This document shows positions 1 to 12,000 of a stretch of 64,000 bases of DNA, piece after piece; the first letter of the stretch is position 1, and each line of letters begins with the position of its first letter. Location of the stretch: contig ML996689.1 of NCBI GenBank assembly GCA_010356995.1, positions 231,873 through 295,872 on the forward strand, read 5' to 3'. A program made the translations under genes and the position numbers. The notes below the pieces were generated by a model. That model saw only the letters and a program-made list of their open reading frames with translations. It had not been told where the DNA came from and ran no database searches. Origin of the DNA: Trichodelitschia bisporula. Its lineage: Eukaryota.

Positions 1-547
1 GATTCCCCGAGCGTGACTGCCATTCCTGGCGACGCACTGGCCTCTTCAGCCTTCCAAGACCTCTTCTTGCCAAGCATCGTAGGCCTCGCTGCGAGGCTCT
101 ATTATCGATGTGCTGGACTTCTCTTCCACTTCTCCTTTGCAACCTTCTGCATACCATCTTCTGCAACCATCTTCATACCATCCTCATACCATCGATTTTC
201 TCTTCCACTTCTCATCTGCAACCTTCTACACACCATCTTCAAACCCTCGACATCTCTTCCACTTCTCCTCATAGGTACGTCTTCATCTACTTCTCCAGTA
301 TCTCGCTCATATCGTAGGGCGCGTTGAGAATCTCGTGTTTGTTTGTTGTCGCGGTGTTTGCGCTCGCCTTCGCGCCTCTTCACGAAGCTGTCTGTCGCTG
401 TACGTAACTCCTTTCTCATCGTGTATCTGCGCAGATTATACCCCCGCGCTATACAATCCGCCTCGCGCCTCGGTGTCTATATACACCATCGATACTTACA
501 ATCAATCGCCTGTTAACACATAACCCCCCCCCAGGGTCCATCCCAAG

Positions 548-3061
548 ATGTCCTCCCCCGCCACCCCCGCCCCGCCGCCCCCGTCGTCGCTGACGGCCGC
601 TGAGCTGCGCTACATCATCAGCGTGCTCACGCACCTCGTCGCCGGCATCACCTCCTCCCGCACCACCGGCACGCCCCTCCTCACCCCCGAGCAGCGCATC
701 GCCGCCATCGAGGCCCGCATGGAACAGCACGTCGTCAACATGCACTCGGTCCTCGCGCAGCTAGCCACCGTGCACGAAGCCGCCATCCACGCTGCCATCA
801 CAGCCATCGCAGCCGACGCCGCCGACCACGAGTACGAGTACGGCCTGGGTGGCCTCGACGGGACCTCGGACACCATCAAGGGTGCGAAAAAGACCAAGCG
901 CATCCGCTACGCGCTCCCCCCCTCGGCGCAGGCGCAGACGCAAGATGCGCTGATGGACGACATCGAGGCGTTGCTCGGTGCCCCTTCGTCTTCGGCCGGC
1001 CCATCGGCGAATGACACCCTGGTCGTAGATGGCGGGAATGATACTGGACAGGCCAAGCGGGGCAAGGTCGCGATCAAGATTAATCCGGCGCCTGAGGTGC
1101 CGAACCGGATTGTGCACGACACGGTTAGTAGGCTGGAGGAATTGTCTCGTAGTACACGGGAGGGGCTTTCGCCGGGGAGTGCTGTGAGGACGACTTCGCC
1201 TGTTTCGTCGCTTTCGCCGGTTACTGCTGCGGTTGGGTCGGCTTCGCCTGTTGCGTCTGCTGCGCCGGTTAGGTCTGGTTCTCCGGTTGTGTCGACCTCT
1301 CCCATTCCGGCTCCTTCGGCCTCAGGGTTACGTTCGGCGTCGGCTTCAGCGACACAGACGTCGACTGCGATTTTTCGTTTCTACGCGCGCGACAGGTCTC
1401 CAGGCCCGCCTCCAGGTTACGCACCTCCGGATGTTCCCTTGTCGCAGCTGTTCAACACCTTTCAAGCAGCTCAGGCCCCGGTCGCTGTCTCGCAAGCTGC
1501 GGGTGGTAGTCGTATGGTCCGCTCTCCGGGGTTTATGAATCTGGCACTTGCACGTCTTTCCCTGGAAGACGACGACCTCCCGAGCTACGAGTCTCTCCAG
1601 CACCCAACTTCCGTACCCTCGAGCAATTTCTACCCAGACTCCGACTCCGAAGAGCACGAATCACTGCCTCTGCCCTCGCCTCCGCATGCGCCTTTCTTAC
1701 CTCAAGAAAGCGCTCCAGTCATCACCACCGCATCGACGAACCTTCCTAACAGCGAAATCCAGGGCGAAGCGGGCTACGCGTACTACAGCACCGACGACGA
1801 GGAGGGCTATTACGAACATCCGGCCTACAAAAAGGTCGCGGATGGCCCTCCCGCTGTCTACCACGCCGTCAAGGACCCGGTTCCCTATCGTTCCAGTGGC
1901 GGGGCATCGCCTGACATCACCGACCTTGTTCCGCGCGAGGCGCACCAGGGCCTGGTCCCCGCCCCGCTCACCATCGTCAAGGGCAGCTACGCGCGCCGTA
2001 TGGCCGCCGAAGCCGACGCCGCTGCGACCGCGGCCACGGATCCCGTCATCAAGGCAGTGAAGATCAAGGAGCGCGACGACTTCATTGCGGAGGCGAACCG
2101 GGCGGCCGCCAGTGCTGCGGCCACGGAAGACCAGAGCAAGGAAGCCAAAGTCAAGGAAGCCAAGAGCAAGAAAGCCAAGGGCCAGGCCAAGGCCGACGCG
2201 GCTATCCCGAGCACCGCGGCCTCGCACGGCGACTACGGGTACTACGCTCCCGGCGCGCAGCACAGCGGCGGCGATCGCAGCCTCGCGCCGATCGAGCTCG
2301 AGTTGTACCCCGACCAGGCTGCGCTCGCGGCTCGCGAGGCGCTTCGTCGTGCTGAACGTAGCGCTCAGCGCCACATGACGCCGGAGAACGGGTACGGCAT
2401 CGCTCCCTTGCGCGTCGCGGGCGCTTCGCAGCCGCAGGGCCCTCCGGGGTATGGCATTGCTCCCTTGCGCGTCGCGGGCGCTTCGCAGCTTCAGGGCCCG
2501 CCGGGGTACACCGCCGGCAACCAGGGCCGTCGCTCTGGCACCCAGTCCTCGCGCCGCTCGGAGGACACCATGGCGTCTGCTCGTAGCTCGGCCGGTTCGC
2601 ATCAGGGTCAGCATGGCCAGCGCGCGTCGCAGGGATCTCAGGGGAGCAACGTCGATGTTCAGAACCGTGGGTCCGGGACTCAGATCGCGCGCCGCTCTGG
2701 CAACGCTCCGGCGTCTGCTCGTGGCTCGCAGCGCCGCGGCCAGGCGGCCCTTCCGGCGATTCAGAACTTGGCGATCTCGACTCCGCCGCGCCAGACCAAT
2801 CAGGCTTCGGACCGTTCGTCGTCGTCTTCGTTTGGCTTCGCGTCGCCGGCGCTGATGGTCAATGGCGCTCCGGCTGCGGATATGGATGCGCTTGCTGCGC
2901 AGGTTGGGCGTCTGGGTGGTGAGGCTGCTGGTAAGGTCGTTCGGCGGTCTCCTCGTGTGCTGCGTCTGTGGCTGGAGCGGGCTGGTGAGGAGGGGCCGGT
3001 TGAGAACTGGGCTGCCGAGTTCGGGGAGTGGGTTGAGGCGCAGGGGCGTCGGATTGACTAA
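548..3061 (+). CDS. Hypothetical low-complexity (Ala/Ser/Pro-rich) protein, 837 aa, apparently intronless
   Basis: Long ORF with C/G-ending codon bias and ATG in CCAAG-ATG context. No recognisable domain. Contains an internal 57-bp tandem repeat. Confidence 0.65.
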   Translation: MSSPATPAPPPPSSLTAAELRYIISVLTHLVAGITSSRTTGTPLLTPEQRIAAIEARMEQHVVNMHSVLAQLATVHEAAIHAAITAIAADAADHEYEYGLGGLDGTSDTIKGAKKTKRIRYALPPSAQAQTQDALMDDIEALLGAPSSSAGPSANDTLVVDGGNDTGQAKRGKVAIKINPAPEVPNRIVHDTVSRLEELSRSTREGLSPGSAVRTTSPVSSLSPVTAAVGSASPVASAAPVRSGSPVVSTSPIPAPSASGLRSASASATQTSTAIFRFYARDRSPGPPPGYAPPDVPLSQLFNTFQAAQAPVAVSQAAGGSRMVRSPGFMNLALARLSLEDDDLPSYESLQHPTSVPSSNFYPDSDSEEHESLPLPSPPHAPFLPQESAPVITTASTNLPNSEIQGEAGYAYYSTDDEEGYYEHPAYKKVADGPPAVYHAVKDPVPYRSSGGASPDITDLVPREAHQGLVPAPLTIVKGSYARRMAAEADAAATAATDPVIKAVKIKERDDFIAEANRAAASAAATEDQSKEAKVKEAKSKKAKGQAKADAAIPSTAASHGDYGYYAPGAQHSGGDRSLAPIELELYPDQAALAAREALRRAERSAQRHMTPENGYGIAPLRVAGASQPQGPPGYGIAPLRVAGASQLQGPPGYTAGNQGRRSGTQSSRRSEDTMASARSSAGSHQGQHGQRASQGSQGSNVDVQNRGSGTQIARRSGNAPASARGSQRRGQAALPAIQNLAISTPPRQTNQASDRSSSSSFGFASPALMVNGAPAADMDALAAQVGRLGGEAAGKVVRRSPRVLRLWLERAGEEGPVENWAAEFGEWVEAQGRRID
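2390..2503 (+). repeat. 57-bp in-frame tandem duplication (GYGIAPLRVAGASQ[P/L]QGPP x2)
   Basis: Two near-identical units, 2390-2446 and 2447-2503, read directly from the sequence. Confidence 0.9.
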
Positions 3062-3532
3062 GCTGCATTGCTACGTTGATGAAATGGATGGTGATGGAGG
3101 CGGGCGGGATGCCGGGGTTACATAGGGTTGGATTGGGGGGTGTTATACCGCTCATTTGTGGACTCTTAGTTAGCTTCGGTGTCAATTCATCGTCTATTTT
3201 GTCTTTAAAAGGTCGAGTGTGCTGTGAGTTGCGGATGTTGATGACCTTTCCATTGATATGTGACGATGGGTCCCTTACGTCTGATGTAGACATGAGGGAT
3301 CATGTTAATCTTCGAGAAGGAACATGGTACCGTAATGTGCGCATCAGCAGGAAGGAGCATAGGGGGACAATTGCCACATCATGTATGTACCTTGAGTCTC
3401 TATTCTCTTCTTCTCTTCGTCTTTTGTCAACTCTTCACTTCATCAAGGCATGATTCATCCAACTCAAATATTTCCATAACTCATCAACAACGACCGGGTA
3501 TACCCACACGCAATATTTACAGCCACAAACAC

Positions 3533-5474
3533 CTAAGCCGGCACCTTCGCCGGCCCACCCTTCTCCTCCCCGTGAACCTCAGGCACCCCCTTCTCCTCCC
3601 CGTGAGCCTCGGGCACCCCCTTCGTCCCAGGGTGCATGCGCGCCCACTCCGCCTCATCCATATCCTCATCCGCCACATCAGCCGTCAGTTCCGGCGTCTC
3701 GTGATCCTCAATCTCCTCCTGCAGCACCAGGTTCAGAATCAACGCCAGGAAGGCCGTGATCGCGAAACCCGTCTCCATGACCAGTATGATCGCATTGTAG
3801 AACCCGAGCAGCGGCTTGTTGTTCCCCTTGTACGTGAACACGAAGGAGAACCAGCTGGGAGAGATGTTAGCTTCTGTGCAACGGGGCCTGGATTAAGGGG
3901 AACTCACTTGGGCACCAGCGTCGCGCCAAAACCCACCGCCATCGCCGCAGTCAGGATAAAGCGGTTGCGGCGCGTAAACGGCATGGTGGAAATAATCCTG
4001 ATGCCCGAAACAGCGACCGCAGAAAACAGGAAGGTGGTCATGCCGCCCAGCACGGACGCCGGGATCGCCACGAGCGCCGCCGCAAACTTCGAAAATATGC
4101 CCATGACTATCAGCCAGAAGCACGCCGCGTAGCCGGCCGTGCGATTCGCGCAGCGAGTCAGCGCGATGACACCGTTATTCTGCGCGAACGTGCTCATCGG
4201 CGTGATAGTGCACAAGCCAGCAATCAACCCGTTGAGCCCATCCGCCAGCACGCCGCCCTGGATGCGGCTATCGAACAGCTTGCCGTCGACCTGCAGGCGG
4301 CTCACATCACAGGTGGCGGTGATGTCGCCGATGGCCTCCATGGCAAGCACAATGTACACGGCCAGGAACGGGAGTACGATGGGCCCGTACACGCTGAGCG
4401 GGAACGTGTGCACCCAGATGAAGCTCGCGGCAGGGGCGGAGTCAATTCCCGACCGGTCAAAGTACCCGCAGGCTGCGGCGATGATGCACCCAACCAGCAG
4501 GCCGATGACGACGGCCGTGCTCTTCATGATCGGACTGCCGAAGCGCTCGCACAGGATGATGGTGAGGAAGACGGAGAACCCAAGGCCGATGAATTCGGCG
4601 CTGCCCCAGGGGAGCGCGTGCGGCGCGTGGATTGTCGGGCAGAGGCGGAAGAGGCCGTCCGTTGGACGCGTGGAGCAGTTGTTGGTGCCGCCGGCCCAGT
4701 TCGAGAAGCCGGATTTGATGAGATTGAGACCGATGAGCATGACCGTCGGGCCTGTGACCAGCGGTGGGAAGATCTTCTTCAGTGTTTTAGGCGGCGTGAA
4801 GGACATCAGGATTTCGAGCAGCGCGGCGCAGCACTGTGTTCCGAGGATCGCGCCGTACCCCTTCGGGCACGGAAGCTTGGTGTCGCCATCCATCGGGCAC
4901 ATGCCTGATGCGTACATCTGCGCAAATGCGCCCGTGGCCACGGGAATCGTCGCGAATGAGGTACCGACCACGGAAATCAGCCCCGTACCGATGTAATACG
5001 GCGTCTTGTAAATGTGGAAGCGCGTGATTTGGATGGATGACAAGATGCCGCAAACGATGAGCGATGTTGACACCAGGTACTGCTGCTGGCCCGCCGTCAG
5101 ATTGGCGCCAGCCGAACCGGAAAGGATGATCGGAGGTGTGATGACGCCCGCCAACATGGCAAGCGCGTGCTGGAAGCCGAGAAGAAGTGCCAGCAGCACG
5201 GGCATCTTGTCATTGAGACCGAAAAACGGCGCAGCCCTGCGCTCCTTCTTCACGAACGGCAGGTTCGGCTTGAACAGAAAGGCATAGTCATAGTCGCCAA
5301 CGAGGCCCTCCCTGGGAGCTTGTCAGAAACATGTATCAGAGCAAGCAGCGCCAAACCATACTTGGTGGAGAACTTCTTCACCAGATCACGCCCCTTCTGG
5401 CCCCACGTCCGCTTGGGCCTGACCTCCTCGGGACCGATGTGGTCCGGAGCGTCGTCCTTGTCCAGATGATCCAT
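3533..5474 (-). CDS. Uric acid/xanthine permease (NAT/NCS2 family, UapA/UapC-like). Exons 5474-5362, 5311-3908, 3854-3533.
   Basis: LGFQHALAM TM1 motif and NAT signature QNNGVIALT. GT-AG introns 5312-5361 and 3855-3907 join the frames to give ...STKEGLVGDYDYAFLF... and ...VPNWFSFVFTY... Confidence 0.93.
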
Positions 5475-6881
5475 TCTGGGATGTGCAAATCACTTTTTGC
5501 AGGGTTGGGTGGAACCTGGGGAAGAGCCTACGGTTCTGGCATATAAGTACGTCGATGATGGGGCGCCGCACGATTCCAGCCTAGGACCTGATGATAAGGT
5601 CTTGCGAAAGGCGGGGCAGATTGGCGTCGGAGGCGTCCCTGCAAGTTCGCTGATCTTCAGCCCAATGGGCGCTTGGAGGTCGATCAAAGTACGGTAAACT
5701 GAGGACAAAGCTGACGCCCGAGGATATTGACGATGCTCTACTTCCGCACGGGCGTGGAGTTCTTATATACGCACTCATTGCTGATGTTCCAGAACGTGGA
5801 GAAGGCCGAAAGGTGTGGGATGTGAGGTTGCAAAGCCGACTGCTGATGTGTGGGAGGCCTGTCGGCGAACAGCGCTAGGCATTTGGTTGGCTGACGAGGG
5901 TGGAGCTCCCCGACGCGGCAGCTTTGAGAGCTTCAAGGACAAGCTCGAGGAAGAGCCGAGCCGCTGGATATCCCGCGACCCCGCCACCCCATGAGTTGCC
6001 GTGGGGAGAGGGGTTGATGGCGCCAGTCGCGGGCTGCAGCTCATGACGAGCCTTGCTGATAAGCGGGCGGCCTCGCTCTACCATTGGCCCAAATGGTGCT
6101 GCGACGGCCGCTTCCGACGATCAATTATGCCGACAGCCTGTCCAAAACAGAGTTTTACAGAAACACTGCGTTGCGGCTGATGATATGCATGGTTTTCTTC
6201 AAAGGTCCAGACGTCGATGGAACATGGTGAGAGATGTGAGAAGAAACTGAGGTACTGATGATATCGAGCAATTGGATAGCCTAATGGGCGATTGATCGCG
6301 TGCCCCCGCTGGCTAGTGCCTACTTGGGGAATCGACTAACTTCTCAAGGCAATGAACCCCCGGCGCTTTACTGATACAATTTGTCAAGGGGAGTATCGCG
6401 ATGCGATGAGACCGAGCAGCTTGTCCCACGATAGTTCACGCCATATCTTCGGGATACCCCGAAAGGCATGAGAGAACATGAGTGGTGCAGCGATAAGAGT
6501 TAGCAGTTCGGTCGCTCGGTCGTATTAAGGGTTGGTAGGCCGTGGGAGTCGAGAGCAGTCGTTTAAAGTCTTGGTGAGGCTTGACCACGAAGATAAGGCT
6601 CGAATGATGCTCGAGGCAGGCAGCTGGAAAGAGATGATGTTCACGATTAACTACATCCGTACAGGACTTCAAAAAATGAGGTGGTAGTGAGCAGGCTTCA
6701 TACGGTATACTCCGTAGAAGACATCTACCAACGGAAGGCAAGTTCGCAGGAGAATGGCTGAATTACAAGCGTCCTATGCGTAGGCAAATCGGCGAATTTC
6801 CTGATATCAGATGTGGCGTTGGATTGATTGACGGACGCACAACAACGCCTTGCATGTTCGGTGTCGCAAGGTCCGAAGCAT

Positions 6882-7060
6882 TTATACAATGGCGGCATTG
6901 AGATAGATGGATCCTGTAGTCATCGTCCATTTGCTCATGTGCTTCTCGACAGTAGGTAGTTTTGGAAAATCCTTGTCTCTATGCTTCCAGAACTTGAGAG
7001 GCATTGCCTTCAAGGGGCACGCACGACGATACCAAGCATTGAGTGATCGCATCCTCTCCA
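6882..7060 (-). pseudogene. Possible decayed hAT transposase C-terminal dimerisation-domain fragment
   Basis: PLKFWKHRDKDFPKL resembles the hAT 'PLxWWK...FPxL' motif. No TIRs or longer ORF found. Confidence 0.35.
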
Positions 7061-7735
7061 GCCCATTGCCCAATGGCCAAGATATCTGTACGGTAGACTG
7101 GAAACCCGACAACAGGGCGGTTCTCATGCAGGGCACCAGATCCCCTCGATGCTCCGCTGCAAGGCACAGATGCCAAACTGGCGGATATGCTCATATCACG
7201 GAGTTGCTACCGTGTCCTTTTGAAACCGATTGTAACCCGTATACGAATGACGCCAGAATAGACACTAGGTCCCTTCGGCGCTAGACCGTGCTATGCGGGA
7301 AGGCGTACGGGGGTTGTGGGGCCGATACGATGCGATATCGGTCGGGCCGTGCGGAATTTGAGGAGTGGATGGTGCCCGACATAGGCCGCCCTCCCGGCCG
7401 ACTTCGGGGGACGGTGGGGTATGGTGGATGCGTATCTATAGGCTTACATGCGAGATGTTCAAATAACGGTATCTCTTAGAATACATGAGCAGCGGGGAGA
7501 TGACGTTGAGTATAGTAACACATTCAGAGAGGAACAGAGCTTGCCCAAGGTTGCTTGAGCACCGGCCTGCACATCAGCATATCTCGTTGAAAACAGCAAC
7601 TCAACACAACGGAAATGGTGCTACATAAATGTGACAAGAAGTAGTAAAGAAGCTTGACAGAGAAGAAGTGAAAGCGGTAGCTATGAGTTAGGGGCGACGG
7701 GAGCTACTGTACACCCTTTGATGACGCCAAAAGAC

Positions 7736-7852
7736 AAAAATATACAGCAGTTGGGATTCGCTGCTGGCCACCCACGCAACTACTAGTCAACCGGTTCAGA
7801 GCTTAACTTCAGTGAGCAGACGGGCACTGGTGTATTCTTAGACCTATGGTCG
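7736..7852 (-). rRNA. 5S rRNA gene, 3' body plus T5 terminator; 5' end displaced by an insertion
   Basis: Minus strand reads CGACCATAGG...CCCGTCTGCTCA...GTTAAGC...CTAGTAGTTGCGTGGGTGGCCAGCAGCGAATCCCAACTGCTGTATA-TTTTT, a typical Pezizomycotina 5S sequence. Confidence 0.92.
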
Positions 7853-9072
7853 CGTTCCGCATTAGGAAATCCGGATTAGGACACCGCCTTCGGCAGCACT
7901 TTAATACGGGTTACCTCATCATGTTATCCTCGCAAAAATACTGTGCTATGCTTGGCCGGCTAGATTTGAATTCGAAAACGTCTTATCTCTGACCTGTGTC
8001 CGTATCCTTAGCTCAATGAGGAAAGTGCTCAATCTGGACTAGCCCATGCATTGTCATCCTTGCTAGCCAATACTTTCCTCCGTCTTGCCGCTAAATCCAG
8101 CGCCAGATTTCCTTCAATTGGAAATTACTGACGTGCTAAGTGATTTTAGATGGGCAGTAACATGTGCTCGTCCTGCCCTCCGCATTGAACCACAACGCCT
8201 CCCTTAAATCGCCCCGTCTTCGGCCCGTCGCCGGCTCCCCTCTCCAGAACCGGCCCGGTTGGACCTGCAAGCGAAGTATCATGACTATCGGAAGGGTCAT
8301 ATCTCAATTAAGCGGGGGCGCCTGTTAGGACCCCTATTCCGTCTTCGCAGTGTCAGCTCTACCTCGACGTGACTCAGGCAACACTACCCCGCACTCCGAT
8401 TCTCCGAATGGGGTGGCTAGGGGGCTAAGTGTGGAGTTGTACCGTGGTGAGGGAAGGGAAGACGAGCCGAGGCAGTGACGCAGGTGGCGAGTGGGTTGGT
8501 GGCACGGGTGAAATTGGTGGCGCGGGTGGAGTTGGTGGCGCGGATGGAGATGGTGGCGCGGGCGGAGGTGGCGCTCCAGAATCGGGCTCTCTGTGTAGGG
8601 TCTCAGATGACAAACATAGGATTATCCGCCTAGCATCCTAACGCAGTTTCACGTCTTTATCACTGGAGGCTAATGAGAGGACATGGTGTACGTAACCGTC
8701 TCCCTTTTCCGGCTTTGATCAGGTTGAGCTAGGGTCTGGTCCCGTCTTCATCAACGCTCTGCTCGACGCAAGAACTGAGAGTGGAAAGCATTGAACACAG
8801 CCACTACATTCCATCATGCCTTCTCTGTGCACTGAAGGAATGGTTAATTCCAGATGTTTTCAGATCCCCTCTGCATTGAAGCCATTACTTCACTAATCTG
8901 GCGACATTTTTGTACGCCACTGTTACCATTTGCTAATGGAGTGCTTGATTTCAAAGCCGTACAATTCCCATTTGTAATCCTTTGCCACTTTCACTCTCAA
9001 AAAGGTATAAAAGGACTAAGACCGCAACGGAGGTGGGTGCGGAGGTGGGTGGGGAGGAGGTTAAGAGAAATT

Positions 9073-12000
9073 TTAGCAAATGAATTCCATGCACAGCACT
9101 CGACCAGACGGACATCCCAAGCCAACCTTACCCTCGTGGACAGCGACAGCTTGAGCTCTCGCACTGCGATACTCGGCTGGAAGCCAAAGAAGCCTTTCCG
9201 TGCCCCTGGCTACCCATTGCTCCTGGACAATTATGGACCGTGGAAGATTCGATGCCGACGCCAGCTGCTTGCCGTCCGGCGAGAAGGCCACGGCNNNNNN
9301 NNNNNNNNNNNNNNNNNNNNNNNNNNNNNNNNNNNNNNNNNNNNNNNNNNNNNNNNNNNNNNNNNNNNNNNNNNNNNNNNNNNNNNNNNNNNNNNNNNNN
9401 NNNNNNNNNNNNNNNNNNNNNNNNNNNNNNNNNNNNNNNNNNNNNNNNNNNNNNNNNNNNNNNNNNNNNNNNNNNNNNNNNNNNNNNNNNNNNNNNNNNN
9501 NNNNNNNNNNNNNNNNNNNNNNNNNNNNNNNNNNNNNNNNNNNNNNNNNNNNNNNNNNNNNNNNNNNNNNNNNNNNNNNNNNNNNNNNNNNNNNNNNNNN
9601 NNNNNNNNNNNNNNNNNNNNNNNNNNNNNNNNNNNNNNNNNNNNNNNNNNNNNNNNNNNNNNNNNNNNNNNNNNNNNNNNNNNNNNNNNNNNNNNNNNNN
9701 NNNNNNNNNNNNNNNNNNNNNNNNNNNNNNNNNNNNNNNNNNNNNNNNNNNNNNNNNNNNNNNNNNNNNNNNNNNNNNNNNNNNNNNNNNNNNNNNNNNN
9801 NNNNNNNNNNNNNNNNNNNNNNNNNNNNNNNNNNNNNNNNNNNNNNNNNNNNNNNNNNNNNNNNNNNNNNNNNNNNNNNNNNNNNNNNNNNNNNNNNNNN
9901 NNNNNNNNNNNNNNNNNNNNNNNNNNNNNNNNNNNNNNNNNNNNNNNNNNNNNNNNNNNNNNNNNNNNNNNNNNNNNNNNNNNNNNNNNNNNNNNNNNNN
10001 NNNNNNNNNNNNNNNNNNNNNNNNNNNNNNNNNNNNNNNNNNNNNNNNNNNNNNNNNNNNNNNNNNNNNNNNNNNNNNNNNNNNNNNNNNNNNNNNNNNN
10101 NNNNNNNNNNNNNNNNNNNNNNNNNNNNNNNNNNNNNNNNNNNNNNNNNNNNNNNNNNNNNNNNNNNNNNNNNNNNNNNNNNNNNNNNNNNNNNNNNNNN
10201 NNNNNNNNNNTGTCCCACGATGCCGACGCCAGCTGCTTGCCGTCCGGCGAGAAGGCCACGGCGGAGACCGCTTTCGAATGGCCCTCGAGCGTATTCAGCA
10301 AGGCACCCCAGTTGTCCCTAACCTGCGGTAGTACGGGCATCCGCAGAGGCATTTTGCTTTGAAACCGCCTTTTTACAAGACTTGCTGTCGGGGAAAATAC
10401 CAGCGCGCTGCAATATGTCTGCAAGGGAGCTACTTCGATGGCTGACCGGTTGTAGAGGACAAATCGTTTCATGTCATGAACAAACTCCGATAGTCGCGGA
10501 CACCTCTGCGCCTGAGCCAAGTATCAGCCAAGTATCCCCACTCTGCTTTACGTCCAGCTTACCGATATCATGGACTCCAAAGACACGATGGCATGGAACC
10601 CTTCGGAAACCTTTTGCATCCATCCAAGCGCCTCAAGCCAATGAAGAAGATGCTCCTTCAGGAACTCATGAACTTCACCGTCATCGTTGAGCTGAGATCC
10701 ACTCTTATGAAGATGCTGTATCCAGTAGAGGCATGCGTACTGCTTCTCAGGATGGAGGGAGCCTTCAACCTCATGACTGTCGACCTCGGTCTTGAGTACT
10801 CCAGGCCGACCTATTCCAAGCATGTCCTGCGTGAGGAAGTCTGACATGACCTGTATGCATTTCGTGGCAAGGGCTTGATGCGCTTGCTTTTCATCGACCC
10901 AGAAACCTGTATCTCCGCTTCTCTTCGAGTCGAGAAGGAAGTCGCGGAATGAAGGGTGATGTAAACGGAGTGCGTCATCTGGTTCCTTTGGAATGTCCAA
11001 AATGGCATGAAGATCACCCAGTGCCTGTCCCGCATTCTGGTCGAGTAGCCTGCTCAAGGACGGGATGGAAAGTGAATTGAATAGGATCACGATACCTCCA
11101 AGCAGTTCCTTCAATGTAGATTGCACCTCCTCTGCATCATCGCCTTCATAGTTGGTAAGAGATTGGCGAAGAACAGTCGCGTAGATCTCGTCGAGATGCT
11201 GTTGCGGCCCTTTCACAGTACTGTGGCTTTGATCGAGGATCAAGCCTAGTTTCTTGGGAGCCAATATTCTTCCTTGTTCAACAAAACGGCATGCAGTTTC
11301 AGCCCAGATGAACAGACCACTAGCGTTCCGGACAAGTGAGTCGATGGCTTGCTCGCCTGGCCAATCTTTGTCAAAAGAGTGTTTGCGGGCTAAACGCTCG
11401 AGCTCGTGCCGTAGGAAGAAGCGGATATCATTGTCAACAGTCGACTTCTTAATGTCGTGGAGCACAAAGTCCAGGTGCTCGCTCGTTGGCATTTCGGATA
11501 AAGAAAACCGGATTGGCACTTCAGGTCTACTCGTTAAAAACAGCCGGAGCCGGGTTTTCTTCAGCAACTGAAAGAGATTCAGAATTTTCCCTATGCCATC
11601 CTCGCCCTCGCATTCGTCCAGGGCATCGACCACCAGGATGTACGGAGCAGAGGAGGTGTCGCCTTCGAGCTTCGACATGGGACCGAGGACGAGATGATGC
11701 CACTGACTGCGGATAGGCTCTTCAATGATGGTGTCTCGCTCCTTCAGAGCCTTGTAGAGAGACCACTTTGCCCCCGGCACATTGTCTGCAAGTTGCGCTG
11801 CGATGCTTGTCACGAACTTGCCGGCATGCCGGACATCTGCGCCACTTCGCGAGAAGAAGAAGCTGGCTCCAAGCCTTCCGTTCTCAAAACATTCGGCGGC
11901 CACAGTTTGAGCCACGGTGGACTTGCCGGTGCCAGCTAAACCACTCAACCAGAAAATATTTGGCGAGTTCTCCCCGTCAGCCCAGGCGTAGATCTCTTTG

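Noticed and set aside
100..300. Short ORFs and ACCATCTTC-type repeats at the window start
   Set aside because: Low-complexity pyrimidine-rich sequence with no recognisable product; context is cut by the window edge.
8854..10362. Long ORF-track entries spanning the N gap (and those across 20892-21166)
   Set aside because: Artefacts of X translation; only the minus-strand WD40/NACHT frames are meaningful.
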